Source of the DNA: an uncultured bacterium
GTDB lineage: Bacteria > Auribacterota > Erginobacteria > Erginobacterales > Erginobacteraceae
Length of the DNA: 64,000 nt
Reading direction: 5' to 3'
Assembly: GCA_963822585.1 (NCBI GenBank)
Contig: CAWGIE010000047.1
Span: forward strand, 64,001-128,000
Shown: positions 10,045 to 21,307 of the stretch, in pieces
How the letters are laid out: each line of letters starts with the position of its first letter
Position numbering within the stretch: the stretch's first letter is position 1
Notes under the pieces: model-generated
Databases searched by the model: none
Seen by the model: only the letters and a program-made list of their open reading frames with translations
What the model was told of the DNA's origin: nothing
Program-made: the position numbers and the translations under genes

Positions 10045-11874
10045 ATGACTCAGCAAAAACGCCGTAAAGACGTCAGAAACGTTGCCATTATCGCGCACGT
10101 CGATCACGGGAAAACCACCCTGATCGACGCCCTTTTGAAGCAGACCGGGGCCTATGAATTCAAAGCGGGCGAGACGATGATCATGGATTCCAACCCGCTG
10201 GAAAAAGAGCGGGGGATCACCATTTTTTCCAAGAACGCTTCCTTCGTATATAAGGGCGTCCAGTTCAACATCGTCGATACCCCGGGTCACGCCGATTTCG
10301 GCAGCGAAGTGGAGAGGATACTGGAAATGGTGGACGGGGTCCTTCTCCTGGTCGACGCCTTTGAAGGGCCGATGCCCCAGACCAAGTTCGTCCTGAAAAA
10401 ATCCCTGGAGCTCCATCTCAAGCCCATCCTGATCGTGAGTAAGATCGACCGGAAGAACGCCCAGCCCCGGGAAGTTTCGGACCTGACCTTCGACCTCTTC
10501 TGCGAGTTGAACGCGACCGATGAGCAGCTGGATTTCCCGATCGTCTACGCGTCGGGCAAAGACGGCGTCGCCACCCTCGATCCGGATGAAAAAGGCACGG
10601 ATATGAACCCCATTCTCGACACCATCCTCCGCCGGGTCCTGCCGCCGGTGGCGGACCCCGAGAAATCCTTCCAGATGCTGGTGACCCTGCTCGACTACGA
10701 TTCATACATCGGCCAGATCTCGGTCGGCCGGATCGCCCACGGAAAAATACAAAACGGAGAACGGATCTCGCTGGTCAAACTCGACGGGACCGTCCGGCAG
10801 GGAAAGGTCACGAAGATCCTGAAATACCAGGGCCTGAAAAGAGTCGAGGTCGCCAGCGCCCAGGCCGGAGATATCGCTTCGATCGCCGGCATCGACGACG
10901 TGAAAGTCGGGGAGACCCTGGCCTCGGCCGAGAAACCGGAAGCTCTGCCGAAAATCAAGATCGACGAGCCGACGGTCTCGATGATGTTCTCTCATAATAC
11001 CAGTCCCCTCTCGGGAAGAGACGGCGGGAGGTTTCTGTCTTCGCGCCATCTCCGGGAACGGCTGGAGCGGGAAGCGCTGACCAACGTGGGGATCAAGGTG
11101 GAAGCGGTGGCGGGAGGGGATAAGATCAAGGTTTCCGGCCGGGGGGAGCTTCATCTCTCCATCCTGATCGAGACCATGCGCCGGGAAGGATACGAGCTGG
11201 AGGTCTCCTCCCCCCAGGTGATCCTGATGAAAATAGGCGGAGAGACCCTGGAACCGATGGAGGAATTGCTGGTTGAGGTTGATGAGGGATACCAGGGGCC
11301 CGTGATCGAGGCGCTGGGATCGAGAAAAGCTTCCCTGCGGAACATGAAAAAAACCCAGATCGGGACGATCCGCATGAATTTCATCATCGGGACCCGGGGA
11401 TTGATGGGGTTCCGGAGCGACTTTTTAAAGATGACCCGGGGGACCGGGATCATGTATCAGAACTTTTACCGCTATCAGAAATATAGCGGCGAAATCGCCC
11501 GGCGTCAGACCGGGGTCATGGTCTCCATGAACCGGGGCAAGGCGGTCGCCTTCGCTCTCTTCGGGCTCCAGGAAAGAGGGGAGATCTTCATCAGCCCGGG
11601 GGACGCCGTTTACGAAGGGATGATTATCGGCGTCAATAATAAAGGCCGGGATCTGGTCGTCAACGCCACCCGGGAAAAACAGCTGACCAATATCCGCGCC
11701 GCGGGCTCCGACGAGGCGATCAAGCTGATCCCGCCCCGGGAAATGACACTGGAATTCGCCCTGGCCTTCATCGGGGATGACGAGCTGGTCGAGATAACCC
11801 CCCGGAATATCCGCTTGCGGAAGCGGTACCTCTCTGAAAACGAGAGGAAGAGGAACGCCCGGCTCCCGAAATAA
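10045..11874 (+). CDS. typA: Translational GTPase TypA/BipA
   Basis: AHVDHGKTT, ERGITI, DTPGHADF, GRGELHLSILIETMRREG, C-terminal DDELVEITP..IRLRK. Confidence 0.97.
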   Translation: MTQQKRRKDVRNVAIIAHVDHGKTTLIDALLKQTGAYEFKAGETMIMDSNPLEKERGITIFSKNASFVYKGVQFNIVDTPGHADFGSEVERILEMVDGVLLLVDAFEGPMPQTKFVLKKSLELHLKPILIVSKIDRKNAQPREVSDLTFDLFCELNATDEQLDFPIVYASGKDGVATLDPDEKGTDMNPILDTILRRVLPPVADPEKSFQMLVTLLDYDSYIGQISVGRIAHGKIQNGERISLVKLDGTVRQGKVTKILKYQGLKRVEVASAQAGDIASIAGIDDVKVGETLASAEKPEALPKIKIDEPTVSMMFSHNTSPLSGRDGGRFLSSRHLRERLEREALTNVGIKVEAVAGGDKIKVSGRGELHLSILIETMRREGYELEVSSPQVILMKIGGETLEPMEELLVEVDEGYQGPVIEALGSRKASLRNMKKTQIGTIRMNFIIGTRGLMGFRSDFLKMTRGTGIMYQNFYRYQKYSGEIARRQTGVMVSMNRGKAVAFALFGLQERGEIFISPGDAVYEGMIIGVNNKGRDLVVNATREKQLTNIRAAGSDEAIKLIPPREMTLEFALAFIGDDELVEITPRNIRLRKRYLSENERKRNARLPK

Positions 11875-11877
11875 AAG

Positions 11878-12642
11878 GTGGAGATGAACAGTCCCGAGAA
11901 AAACAAGCCGGTCTCGGTTCGAGGCGAGGATACGGAGAGCGTTAAAAAGTTCTTCGACGGCTGGGGGACGTACTGGAGAGTGGTGGAATACGACTACACC
12001 GGGCACCGGGAGATATACGCCTGCCTGAACGCTTTTTTAAAGGAGCATTTTCCGGAGCCCTTCACCATCATCGACTTCGGCTGCGGCGACTCCAGTTACA
12101 TGGTCCGGGGGCTGGCCGGGACCCGGGTGCGCAAGTACCTGGGGGTGGACCTCTCTGAAGTCGCCCTGGGGCTGGCCCGCGAGAACCTGGAAGGGCTCGG
12201 CTATGAAACCGGGTTTATCCAAGGGGATTACTTCCCGATCGCCCGGGAAAGGGACCTGAAGGCCGATGTCATCTGGATCGGGCTCTCTCTCCATCATCTT
12301 TCGAGCGGACAGAAGCGGGAGGCGCTGGAGGCGTTCCGCAAGATACTGGACGGCGGGGGCTATCTGCTGATCTTCGAGCCGATGCTCCGTCCGGGGGAGA
12401 CCCGGGAAGAATTCCTGCGGCGTTTCCGGAAGATCTGCCGGACCGGTTGGACCCGGCTTACCTCCGAAGAGAGGGAAGCGACCATAAAGCATGTCATGGC
12501 GGCCGATTTCCCGGAATCGATCGAGACCCTGAGGGAGATGGCCCGGGAAAAAGGTTTCTCCGCGGTCCGCTCTCTATGCCGGGGGGGAGAGGATCTGTTC
12601 GAATTGGTATCTTTCTCCGCCCTCCCGCCTCGCCCTCTTTAA
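11878..12642 (+). CDS. Class I SAM-dependent methyltransferase
   Basis: IIDFGCGD motif I, YLGVDLS, SLHHL. Confidence 0.85.
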   Translation: MEMNSPEKNKPVSVRGEDTESVKKFFDGWGTYWRVVEYDYTGHREIYACLNAFLKEHFPEPFTIIDFGCGDSSYMVRGLAGTRVRKYLGVDLSEVALGLARENLEGLGYETGFIQGDYFPIARERDLKADVIWIGLSLHHLSSGQKREALEAFRKILDGGGYLLIFEPMLRPGETREEFLRRFRKICRTGWTRLTSEEREATIKHVMAADFPESIETLREMAREKGFSAVRSLCRGGEDLFELVSFSALPPRPL

Positions 12643-13159
12643 TAAAACAGACGGATTGTCGTAGATCCGGCAGTTATTGACGGAAATGTGATTGAATAGG
12701 AAAGGTCCCCTCTGCGTTGCCCCCCATCCGTTCGACGTTTTTTAACCCGAGATGACCGGAGGCCTTGCCCGCAAAGTAGCTTCGCTACCGCGGGATTTTC
12801 GGTTTTTCGGGTCGATGTTCAGCTTTTATTCTTGTCCTTATCCCTGCCTTTATGCAACTTCTCGTAACCTTGCGTAACCTCTCGTAACCATTCGTAACTT
12901 CTCTTCTCTGTTGAGCGTTGAACATTTTTTATTTTTCGATGTTCAGTTTTTCATCCCCCGCCAAGACACTAAGACACCAAGGTGACGGAGAATTGTGCCG
13001 CGCGAACACCAAGCGAAGCGATCCTACATCTCCTACAAGCCGCCTCTGGCGGAGATCCTGCGAGCGACCCCGAAGACTTTTCGGGGAGCGATACTACAGG
13101 TTCCCTAACGTAGGCACTTTTCTCTGTTCGACGTCTCGTTTCTTATCCGTCTGTCCCAC

Positions 13160-13732
13160 TCAGAACTTGTTAAGGATCTCCCGGCAGAAGGCGGGCAGAT
13201 CATAGGGATTTCGGGAGGTGATCAGGTTGCCGTCCACCACCACTTCCTGATCGAGGTATTCGCCTCCCGCGTGCACCAGGTCGTCCTTGATGGCGATGAA
13301 GCCGGTCACCTTTTTCCCGGCCACGACTTCGGCCGAGGCCAGCAGCCATCCTCCGTGGCAGATCGCGGCCACGATCTTGCCGTCTTCGAACATCTTTTTT
13401 ACGAAATCAACCATCAGCCGGGACCGGCGCATTAAATCGGGAGCGTATCCGCCCGGTATGACAACGGCCGAAAAATCATCGGCGGAAACCGCTCCGATGG
13501 AAAGTTCCTCCGGAGCCGGATAGCCCTCCTTGCTCAAATACTCCTTCTTTCGGCCCGTCCCGACAAAGACGGTGGTGATCCCCGCTTCCCGCAAACGGAG
13601 GTAGGGATACCAGACTTCCAGCACCTGGTACCGGTCTTCAACCAGTATCGCCGCTTTTCGCGTCTCACATGGTTTGCCCGCGATCATATCTTCCTCCTTA
13701 TGGTTCAGGACGTATATTATACGCCTGCCCAA
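13160..13732 (-). CDS. PfpI/DJ-1 family glutamine amidotransferase-like protein
   Basis: IPGGYAPD, AAICHG, VVVDGNLITSR.PYDLPAF; true start probably the internal Met (MIAGK). Confidence 0.92.
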   Translation of the reverse strand: MGRRIIYVLNHKEEDMIAGKPCETRKAAILVEDRYQVLEVWYPYLRLREAGITTVFVGTGRKKEYLSKEGYPAPEELSIGAVSADDFSAVVIPGGYAPDLMRRSRLMVDFVKKMFEDGKIVAAICHGGWLLASAEVVAGKKVTGFIAIKDDLVHAGGEYLDQEVVVDGNLITSRNPYDLPAFCREILNKF

Positions 13733-14137
13733 GAGTGCAAATACACCGAAAACCCCCCCCTTTTTTAACCGCGGAGACGCAGAGAACGCGGAGAATGTGA
13801 AGAGTATCGCTCTGCTCTATTCCCTTTGTGCGATGCCCTATATGCAAGCGACGGGCGGCGGCCCGGAGCGATCCTACAACTCCTGCAAGGCGAAGCCGGT
13901 CCTACAAGCCGCCACTGGCGGCGATACTACAGTTTCTTTATCTTTAGGCACTTTCCTCTGTTGAACGTTCCGCCTTTCCCATACCCCATGCCCCACAACC
14001 CACTGTCTCATCCTGCGACATCTTTTCACCCGTCCCTGCGACAGAGCATCTGCTCTCTTTATTTTTCGCTTCGCCGCGGTATTCTTAATCCTTTTATCTC
14101 CAGACAGATGCGAAAAACTTTCCTTCCCGCCCTCCGC

Positions 14138-14153
14138 TGGCACTCTATTTGCT
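14138..14153 (+). promoter_or_regulatory. Sigma-54 (-24/-12) promoter
   Basis: TGGCAC-TCTAT-TTGCT matches the TGGCAC-N5-TTGCW consensus, about 140 bp upstream of the 14290 ORF. Confidence 0.75.
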
Positions 14154-14289
14154 TATAAAGACGATAAGCCCTCTAAATCGATAAAACCGACCCCCGCGGC
14201 GGAAGGAGGTGATCTCAGGGACTGAAGAACGGAATTTCCAGGGATTTCATTAACGGGAAACTAAAACGGAACAAAAAGGAGTAGTGAAG

Positions 14290-15159
14290 ATGAAGATGTT
14301 TATAAGATCGATCACGGCGTTATGCGCCCTGGCATTAATCGCCGCTCTGCCGGCGGCTGTTTTTTCGGCTCCCGCTCCCGACTTTCCTGAAGGGATTGAG
14401 ACGGCCGCGTATCGGGAAGACGTCTCCGGCATTTATGGGGACGATGGTCCGGTCGTCGGCCCGATTCGGGATTTTTTCTGCGTCCCTTTCTTTGTCCGGA
14501 TGAACACCAAGCCTTACCTGGATAAGCTGGAGTACATCGTGACCGTTTTCAAGATCATGGCCACGGGCCGGGGAGACGCCGGTTGGGGAAGGGCCCGGCT
14601 CCCTTATTATATCCCCGATGACGAGACCCACACCCTCCGCTACTGGGACTTTTCCTCCGGCAGCAAAAGCATTTATATCACCGATCTGGTGATCGATTAC
14701 CAGCGTTATAATTGTGATTTCGAGGGGATGGTCGAAGATGTGATTGGATTCGTGGAGGACTACAACGACTGGGACAACTTCTTCTGCCGGGCCGACGACG
14801 CCGAAGAGGCCTGGGAGGATTACCAGGATTATCTCTGCGATGAAGAAGGGATCTGCGAAGGAGATGAGGATTTTCCTTCCTACGGTGATTTCCAGGACGC
14901 CCTGGCCGGCGCCGTCGATAACGCGCTGGAAGACGTCTTCGAAGATTTCTACGACGAGATCTACGAGGAAAGCTCCTCGACCGGCCTGCTCCGGGTCCGG
15001 CAACTGATCGAGTACGGTGATTACTCCGATGCCGAAGACGCCCTCGACGACACCTACGAGACCGCTCTCGATTACTACGAAGCATTGGAATCGGCTTTCG
15101 AGGGAACCGCCCCCGGCTACTTCGAGATCACCGAGTCGGATATTAACGACGCCTGGTAG
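14290..15159 (+). CDS. Secreted, very acidic (D/E/Y-rich) hypothetical protein
   Basis: Signal peptide, AAGGAG RBS 8 nt before ATG 14290, own terminator; no recognisable family. Confidence 0.75.
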   Translation: MKMFIRSITALCALALIAALPAAVFSAPAPDFPEGIETAAYREDVSGIYGDDGPVVGPIRDFFCVPFFVRMNTKPYLDKLEYIVTVFKIMATGRGDAGWGRARLPYYIPDDETHTLRYWDFSSGSKSIYITDLVIDYQRYNCDFEGMVEDVIGFVEDYNDWDNFFCRADDAEEAWEDYQDYLCDEEGICEGDEDFPSYGDFQDALAGAVDNALEDVFEDFYDEIYEESSSTGLLRVRQLIEYGDYSDAEDALDDTYETALDYYEALESAFEGTAPGYFEITESDINDAW

Positions 15160-15182
15160 TCATTCCCCGGAAATAAAATCGC

Positions 15183-15218
15183 GGCCGGCCGCCCTCCCGG
15201 GGCGGCCGGCCTGTTTTT
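15183..15218 (+). terminator. Rho-independent terminator
   Basis: GGCCGGCCGCCC-loop-GGGCGGCCGGCC followed by TGTTTTT, just after the stop at 15159. Confidence 0.75.
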
Positions 15219-15300
15219 ACTTCTCCCCGCGGCGCCCCCTTTAAAAACCACTCATTTTACCCCGCGTCGCCGATCCAGAGCATATTATCCGGAGTATAAG

Positions 15301-15687
15301 TGCTGTCCGTGGGCAAAAAGTGAAGGTAACACAGACATTCCTGTCTGTGCGTGAAAGTGTTGTCCGTGGGCAAAAAGTGAAGGTAACACAGACATTCCTG
15401 TCTGTGAGCCCAAGGTAGCACAGACATTCCTGTCTGTGCGTGAAAGTGCTGTCCGTGGGCAAAAAGTGAAGGTAACACAGACATTCCTGTCTGTGAGCCC
15501 AAGGTAGCACAGACATTCCTGTCTGTGAGCCCAAGGTAACACAGACATTCCTGTCTGTGAGCTCAAGGTAGCACAGACATTCCTGTCTGTGAGCCCAAGG
15601 TAGCACAGACATTCCTGTCTGTGAGCCCAAGGTAGCACAGACATTCCTGTCTGTGAGCCCAAGGTAACACAGACATTCCTGTCTGTG
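15301..15687 (+). repeat. Tandem array of 10 REP-like palindromes GGTA(G/A)CACAGACATTCCTGTCTGTG
   Basis: Copies at 15325, 15382, 15414, 15471, 15503, 15535, 15567, 15599, 15631, 15663; 32- and 57-bp periods with invariant linkers. Confidence 0.92.
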
Positions 15688-15889
15688 CGTCTCCTCTTCT
15701 TCTCAGGGAAGAGGCATCAGGTGTGAGGGGGGTAACGCTATGTTATTTGCGCTGTGTCCTCTGCTTTGATTCTTTCGATGTTCAAAGTTGGAAGTTCGTC
15801 GTTCAAAGTTCATCTTTGCCTATTCTTCCTTCCCCAATCTTTTTCCAAAAACCAGGGGATAAAATCCCTCCCTGATCCGACTAACAGGC

Positions 15890-16393
15890 ATGAAGAATAA
15901 AACCTTAATACCTGCTGAACGAATAGAATCCTTGATTCTCCTGATTCGTACCCAGAAAGTAATACTTGATAAAGACCTGGCTGTTCTATATGGGGTGGAG
16001 ACACGGGTCTTAAACCAGGCAGTCAGCCGGAATAGGAAACGTTTCCCGAAAGATTTTATGTTTGAGTTAAGTCGTGAAGAGATCATGAGGGTATCACAAA
16101 CTGTGATATCCTATGCAGCGCTGAGATATTCCAATAAAGTCCGGGCTTTCACCGAACAGGGCGTGGCCATGCTCTCTTCCGTCTTGTGAAGTGACAGAGC
16201 CATCGCAGTAAACATCGCGATTATGCGCGCTTTCGTTCAATTGCGGGCCATGCTATCCACTCATGCCGACTTGGCGAAAAAGATCGGTGAGATGGAGAAA
16301 AAATACGACGCGCGGTTTCGGGTGATCTTCGCATCGATCCGGTAGCTCATGACCCCACCTCATCCGCCCCGCCGACAAATCGGCTTCAAATAA
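15890..16393 (+). pseudogene. ORF6N-domain protein pseudogene, copy 1
   Basis: [35 protein letters not shown] and [14 protein letters not shown]; in-frame TGA 16187 and TAG 16343; frame continues to ...IGFK stop at 16393. Confidence 0.88.
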
Positions 16394-16438
16394 TCCGCTC
16401 CATCTGTTAAAATGCGCTCTTCTTTATAGGAGGCACGG

Positions 16439-16795
16439 ATGAACAAGCTCAAATATCTCGCCTTCCCGGTCGTCTGTTTCCTGTTCTACGGTTTATTCTG
16501 TGTTCTCAGCACGGCCGGAGACGCGGTTGCGGCGCAGTTCAAGGACGGAACCTACGAGGGCGAACAATCGTTCGTGACCGTCTCCGTGACCGTCACCGAT
16601 GGTAGGATCGCCGACATTAAGATAACTCATCATGGCGGGGGAGGACCAAAATACGCCGAGATGGTAAAGCCCTTACTCTGTCAGATGCTGGAGAAGCAAT
16701 CGACGGAGGTCGACACCGTCACCGGCGCCACGGTCAGCAGCAATAATCTCAAGCAGGCCGTCGCCGCCGCCCTGCAGAAAGCCGCGGCCCAATAA
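16439..16795 (+). CDS. Exported FMN-binding domain protein
   Basis: FKDGTYEG...VDTVTGATVSS flavinylation-type motif; signal peptide. Confidence 0.88.
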   Translation: MNKLKYLAFPVVCFLFYGLFCVLSTAGDAVAAQFKDGTYEGEQSFVTVSVTVTDGRIADIKITHHGGGGPKYAEMVKPLLCQMLEKQSTEVDTVTGATVSSNNLKQAVAAALQKAAAQ

Positions 16796-17185
16796 AAACC
16801 CCGGGGAGTCGGGTGATAACTCGATGGTAGCCGCATGGGACCCCGCCGAAGGTAAGTCTCACCGGGACCGGGGTAGCGTCCGCCGGGCAGAAGCCGAAAA
16901 TATTTCAATATCATCGTGCTTCGCCACGGCGGTGAAGCATGTTAAATTAAGCTTGAATGTCATTGCGAGGAGCAACGCGACGAAGCAATCTTAAGATCCA
17001 TAAAAAGGCTAATTAGTATCGTGTCCTCGGGATAGGGGGGGCAGTCTTGCAAGGCGAAGCCGATCCTACAAGCGACCCCGAAGTCTTTTCGGGGGCGCGA
17101 TACTGCATTTACTACAAGCCGCTGCAAGCGGCGGTACAACAGTTTTTCTTGGTGTCTTAGTGGTTATAAAAGAGGAGGCGATACC

Positions 17186-17371
17186 ATGCCGGCGATCACC
17201 GTGGAAGGACCGAGGATTGACAGTCTGGAGGCAAAGAGAGAACTGGTCAGGAAGATGACGGATGCGGCGGTCGAGGCGTACCGCTTGCCCGCGGCGGCCA
17301 TGGTGGTCCTGATCAAGGAAAACCCGCCCGAGAACGTCGGTGTCGGCGGCAAACTCGTCATCGATCGATAA
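17186..17371 (+). CDS. 4-oxalocrotonate tautomerase family (DmpI-like)
   Basis: MP start (catalytic Pro1), KRELV..MT, ENVGVGG; GAGGAGG RBS. Confidence 0.88.
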   Translation: MPAITVEGPRIDSLEAKRELVRKMTDAAVEAYRLPAAAMVVLIKENPPENVGVGGKLVIDR

Positions 17372-17687
17372 TAGTGTTCGATGTTCAATTTCTATCCCTC
17401 TCCACCCTTTCGGGGGGAGAGGGCGATTGTCGTAGATCCTGAGCTTGTCGAAGGGAGCGAAGCTCAATCGGGTGAGGGGGGCTTCGTTGGAAGTTGGACG
17501 TTGAATGTTGAACGTTGGACGTTCAGCTTTTTCCAGCGAAGCGATCCTACAAGCCGCTGAAAGCGGCGATCCTACAAGGCGAAGCCGATCCTACAAGCCG
17601 CCGCAGGCGGCGATACTACAGTTCCTCTAACTTTGAGCACTTTCTTTGTTGGACGTTCAGTTTTTCCCCGCGAAGAAGGATTCTCAC

Positions 17688-18800
17688 ATGATCAGCGCCC
17701 GGAAAATAATGGATGATTTCGCCGACCGGACCGGCATCGTCTCCAAACGGCCTCCGCGGAGGTATCTCTGGACGGACGCCTTCGCGGTCTGCAATTTTCT
17801 CGGTCTTTACCGGGAGACCGGGCGGCAAGAGTACCGGGAGATCGCCGTCAGGTTGATCGACCAGGTCCATTATATCCTGGGGCGCCACCGCCCGGACGAC
17901 CCGCGGAGCGGCTGGATCAGCGGACTCGCCGAAGAAGAGGGGGAAAAGCATCCCACCGCCGGGGGGCTGAGGATCGGCAAGCCGTATCCCGAGCGCCTCT
18001 CCGGGGAGGCGTTTGACGAGGATCTGGAGTGGAAGAGGGACGGCCAGTATTATCATTACCTGACGAAATGGATGCTTGCCCTGGGCCGGGCCGGTGAAGT
18101 CACGTGGGACGAAACCTACCACCGGTGGGCGGCGGAACTGGCCCATGCCGCCCATCGAGGTTTTACCCGTCTTAATGCAGAGGGAAAGATCATCCGGATG
18201 TGCTGGAAGATGAGCATCGACCTCTCCCGCCCCCTGGTCACCTCGATGGGCCAGCACGATCCCCTGGACGGTCTGCTCACATTCTGCCGACTCCCGGTGC
18301 ACGCCGGGGGGAACGGCTTGGCCGACCCGATATCCGAGCTGGTCGAATTCTGCCGGGACCTTGACTGGCTGACGACCGACCCGCTGGGGCTGGGGGGATT
18401 GCTGACGGACGTGTACCGGGCGGCCGATCTGCGGGCAAAGAACCTCTGCCCGATCCCCGACCTGCCGGAACAACTGCTGGAAAACGCGTTGGCCGGGTTG
18501 GAGCACTTCCTGTCGACCAAGCCTCTGGATTATCCGCCATCCTATCGCCTGGCGTTCCGGGAATTGGGGTTGGTCATCGGTATGGAGGCGATACGATGCC
18601 TGAGGGAAGAGGAGAGGGGCATGACCGACCGTCTGCAGAGGCTCCTGTCCGCCCTGAAGACCCACGATACCTTGCCCGGCGAAATCCTTTCTTTCTGGGG
18701 GGAAGAAAACAACCGCAAGGCCCCATCCTGGCTGGAGCATGAAGACATCAACGCCGTCATGCTGGCTACCGCCCTCTCTCCCCGTGGTTATCTGGGGTAG
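17688..18800 (+). CDS. Conserved hypothetical protein
   Basis: Long ORF with host-like codon usage, motifs RYLWTDAFAVCNFLGL and DGQYYHYLTKWM; function not assignable. Confidence 0.7.
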   Translation: MISARKIMDDFADRTGIVSKRPPRRYLWTDAFAVCNFLGLYRETGRQEYREIAVRLIDQVHYILGRHRPDDPRSGWISGLAEEEGEKHPTAGGLRIGKPYPERLSGEAFDEDLEWKRDGQYYHYLTKWMLALGRAGEVTWDETYHRWAAELAHAAHRGFTRLNAEGKIIRMCWKMSIDLSRPLVTSMGQHDPLDGLLTFCRLPVHAGGNGLADPISELVEFCRDLDWLTTDPLGLGGLLTDVYRAADLRAKNLCPIPDLPEQLLENALAGLEHFLSTKPLDYPPSYRLAFRELGLVIGMEAIRCLREEERGMTDRLQRLLSALKTHDTLPGEILSFWGEENNRKAPSWLEHEDINAVMLATALSPRGYLG

Positions 18801-19219
18801 TTTCTGTCGTTGAAAGTTGGACGTTGAGCGTTGAGTGTTGGACGTTCAGCTTTATTCCCCTCCTTATCCCGTAACCTTGCCTTTGACGGAGAATTGTGGC
18901 GTGAGACGAGCAAGCGAAGCGATCCTACATCTCCTACAAGCTGCCGCAGGCAGCGATCCTGCAAGCGACCCCGAAGTCTTTTCGGGGGAGCGATACTACA
19001 GTTTCTCTAACTTGAATGTTGGATGTTGGACGTTCAGTTTTTCCCCGGTGCGCCCTGTCCTCCGTGCTATGCGCAGTGCCCCTTTCCTCCCCGCGCCGAG
19101 GCGCGAGCCCGCTAATGTCCTTCCCACAGACGGATTGCCTGTGATACTCTCCGAGCTGTTATGGCGCGGTTATTCAAAAAAATAATATCCGGCTCTCCGT
19201 CGGCCGGGCGGGAACACTG

Positions 19220-21061
19220 ATGAATTCCATTAGAGGAAAGATGCTTCTCTGGTTCGGGGTCCCGGTCACCCTCCTTTTTTTGCTCCTGGGCGTGGTCAAT
19301 TACACCCAGGTCAAGAACACGGTCTTCCCCCTGAACGAGAAACTCAGCCGGGAAGTATTAGCCGCCCGGGCGGCGGAGATCGGCCGGCTGATGCACGGCT
19401 ACATCAGTGAAATCAGGACCATGTCGCGCGACGATATCCTCCGCGAAGGCACCGGGGAGGAGATCAAGGCGGATATCCTCGCCCGGGCCGCGACCCGCAA
19501 CGCCGACTACGAGATGGTCTTCTACGCCGATCTGAAGGGCGATTTCATCACCTCCACCAATGACGTGGGCAACGTGGGGGACCGCGGTTATTTCCGGGCG
19601 ATTATCGGGGAAGGCGCGCAGAGCTTTGTCAGCAATCCCCTGGTCTCCCGGTCCACGGGAAAGAACATATTTGTCGTGGCCTGCCCGGTCTTGGACCTCC
19701 GGGGAGAAAGAAAGGGAGTGATCGCCTCCACGGTTCTGCTCGACACCCTGACCTCCATTGTCGGCTCGATCAGGATGGGGGAGAATGGCTTCGGCTACGT
19801 GGTTGACGGCACTGGGCTGCTGATCGCCCATCCTTCTGATGAGTGGCGGCTGAAATTGAACCTCCTGACCTCGGCGGAACTGGGCTTTCAGGGCCTGGAT
19901 GAAGCCGGACGGATGATGGTCGCCGGGCGGCCGGGGCTCGTCCGCTACCGGCGGCCGGACGGCTCGAAGATGATCGCGATCTTCGATCTCATCCCCGACA
20001 CGCCCGGCTGGTTTCTGGGTCTCGCCCTCTCCGAGGAGGAGCTGACGGGCAAGGTGACCTCCCTGGTGCGCCAGATTATCCTCCTGATGCTGGGGATCCT
20101 GGCCGTTCTCTTCCTGATCGTCATCGTCATCTCCGGCCGGATCGCCGCCCCGGTGGCCGTGCTGAAAGAGGGGGTCCGGAAGGTGAGTTCGGGCGATCTC
20201 GACTACCGCCTGGATATCCGTACCGGCGATGAGATCGAGGAACTGGCCGCGGCCTTCAACAAGATGACGGTCGATCTCAAGGAGCACATCAGGAATCTCC
20301 AGTCCGAGACCGCGAAAAGGCAGGCGGTGGAAAGCGAACTGCAGATCGCCAAGGAGATCCAGGAGAGCATCCTCCCCCGGATTTTCCCGCCCTTTCCCGG
20401 CCGGGGTGAATTCGACCTCTATTCCGTGATGCACCCGGCCAAGGAGGTGGGCGGCGATTTTTACGATTTCTTCTTCTACGACAAGAGGACCTTCGTGATG
20501 ATCATCGGCGACGTCTCCGGGAAGGGGGTCCCCGCGGCCCTCTTTATGATGCTCGGCCGGACATTGATACACACCGTGGCTTCGGAAGAAAAAGACCCCG
20601 CCCGGGTCCTGAAGAAGGTCAACGATATCGTGGCCGAAGACAACGAGACGAGTATGTTCATCACGGTCTTTCTGGCTTACTACGACGTGGAGACGGGGAA
20701 ATTAACCTATTCCAACGCCGGGCACACCCCCGCCCTGAAGATCACCGCCGACAGGAAGGTGGAGGAGCTGACCACGGCCAGCAGCGTCGCCCTGGGGGTG
20801 ATGCCGGGCGTCGAATACCGGACGGGGGAGACCGCCCTCGAACTGAACGACAAGTTCGTAGTTTATACCGACGGCGTCAACGAGGCGGTCAACCGCCAAG
20901 GTGTATTTTATGGGACTCAGCGATTCATCGAGCACTTTTTGAAAGACAATCAGCTCTCGGCCCGCGAGGAATGCACCGCCATCCTGAAAGACGTGATGGA
21001 TTTCCAGGAAGAAAATCAGCACGACGACATCACGATCACCATCTTCCAGCGCCTGGAATAA
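19220..21061 (+). CDS. Cache-HAMP-SpoIIE (PP2C/RsbU-type) membrane phosphatase
   Basis: Two TM segments, Cache-like periplasmic domain, HAMP (DEIEELAAAFNKM), VGGDFYD, GDVSGKG, YTDGVNEA, DDIT. Confidence 0.92.
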   Translation: MNSIRGKMLLWFGVPVTLLFLLLGVVNYTQVKNTVFPLNEKLSREVLAARAAEIGRLMHGYISEIRTMSRDDILREGTGEEIKADILARAATRNADYEMVFYADLKGDFITSTNDVGNVGDRGYFRAIIGEGAQSFVSNPLVSRSTGKNIFVVACPVLDLRGERKGVIASTVLLDTLTSIVGSIRMGENGFGYVVDGTGLLIAHPSDEWRLKLNLLTSAELGFQGLDEAGRMMVAGRPGLVRYRRPDGSKMIAIFDLIPDTPGWFLGLALSEEELTGKVTSLVRQIILLMLGILAVLFLIVIVISGRIAAPVAVLKEGVRKVSSGDLDYRLDIRTGDEIEELAAAFNKMTVDLKEHIRNLQSETAKRQAVESELQIAKEIQESILPRIFPPFPGRGEFDLYSVMHPAKEVGGDFYDFFFYDKRTFVMIIGDVSGKGVPAALFMMLGRTLIHTVASEEKDPARVLKKVNDIVAEDNETSMFITVFLAYYDVETGKLTYSNAGHTPALKITADRKVEELTTASSVALGVMPGVEYRTGETALELNDKFVVYTDGVNEAVNRQGVFYGTQRFIEHFLKDNQLSAREECTAILKDVMDFQEENQHDDITITIFQRLE

Positions 21062-21307
21062 AGAGAGCCGGGAGCCGGTATCCCCCGGCCTCGCCCCCTT
21101 TTAGAAACCACTAATTTCACGAATCTACACTAATGCCCCCCCCGCCTCGCCCTCTTCAATAACCACTAAGACACTAAGGTAAACATCAAAATATATTGAA
21201 CGTTGAAAGTTGAGCGTTGAATGTTTTTTAACCCGAGATGACCGGAGGTCATTCCCGCAAAGAAGCTGCGCTTCCGCGTGATCTTCGATTTTTCGGGTTG
21301 TTATTCG

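Noticed and set aside
15241..15662. HRQECLCY / QTGMSVLP repeat ORFs (also near 27600-28038 and 55703-56234)
   Set aside because: Translations of the DNA palindrome arrays, open in several frames.
15301..15687. CRISPR array (also 27731-27977 and 55838-56102)
   Set aside because: Linkers are short and repeated rather than unique spacers, no cas genes are present, and the unit has a GTAG-hairpin REP form.
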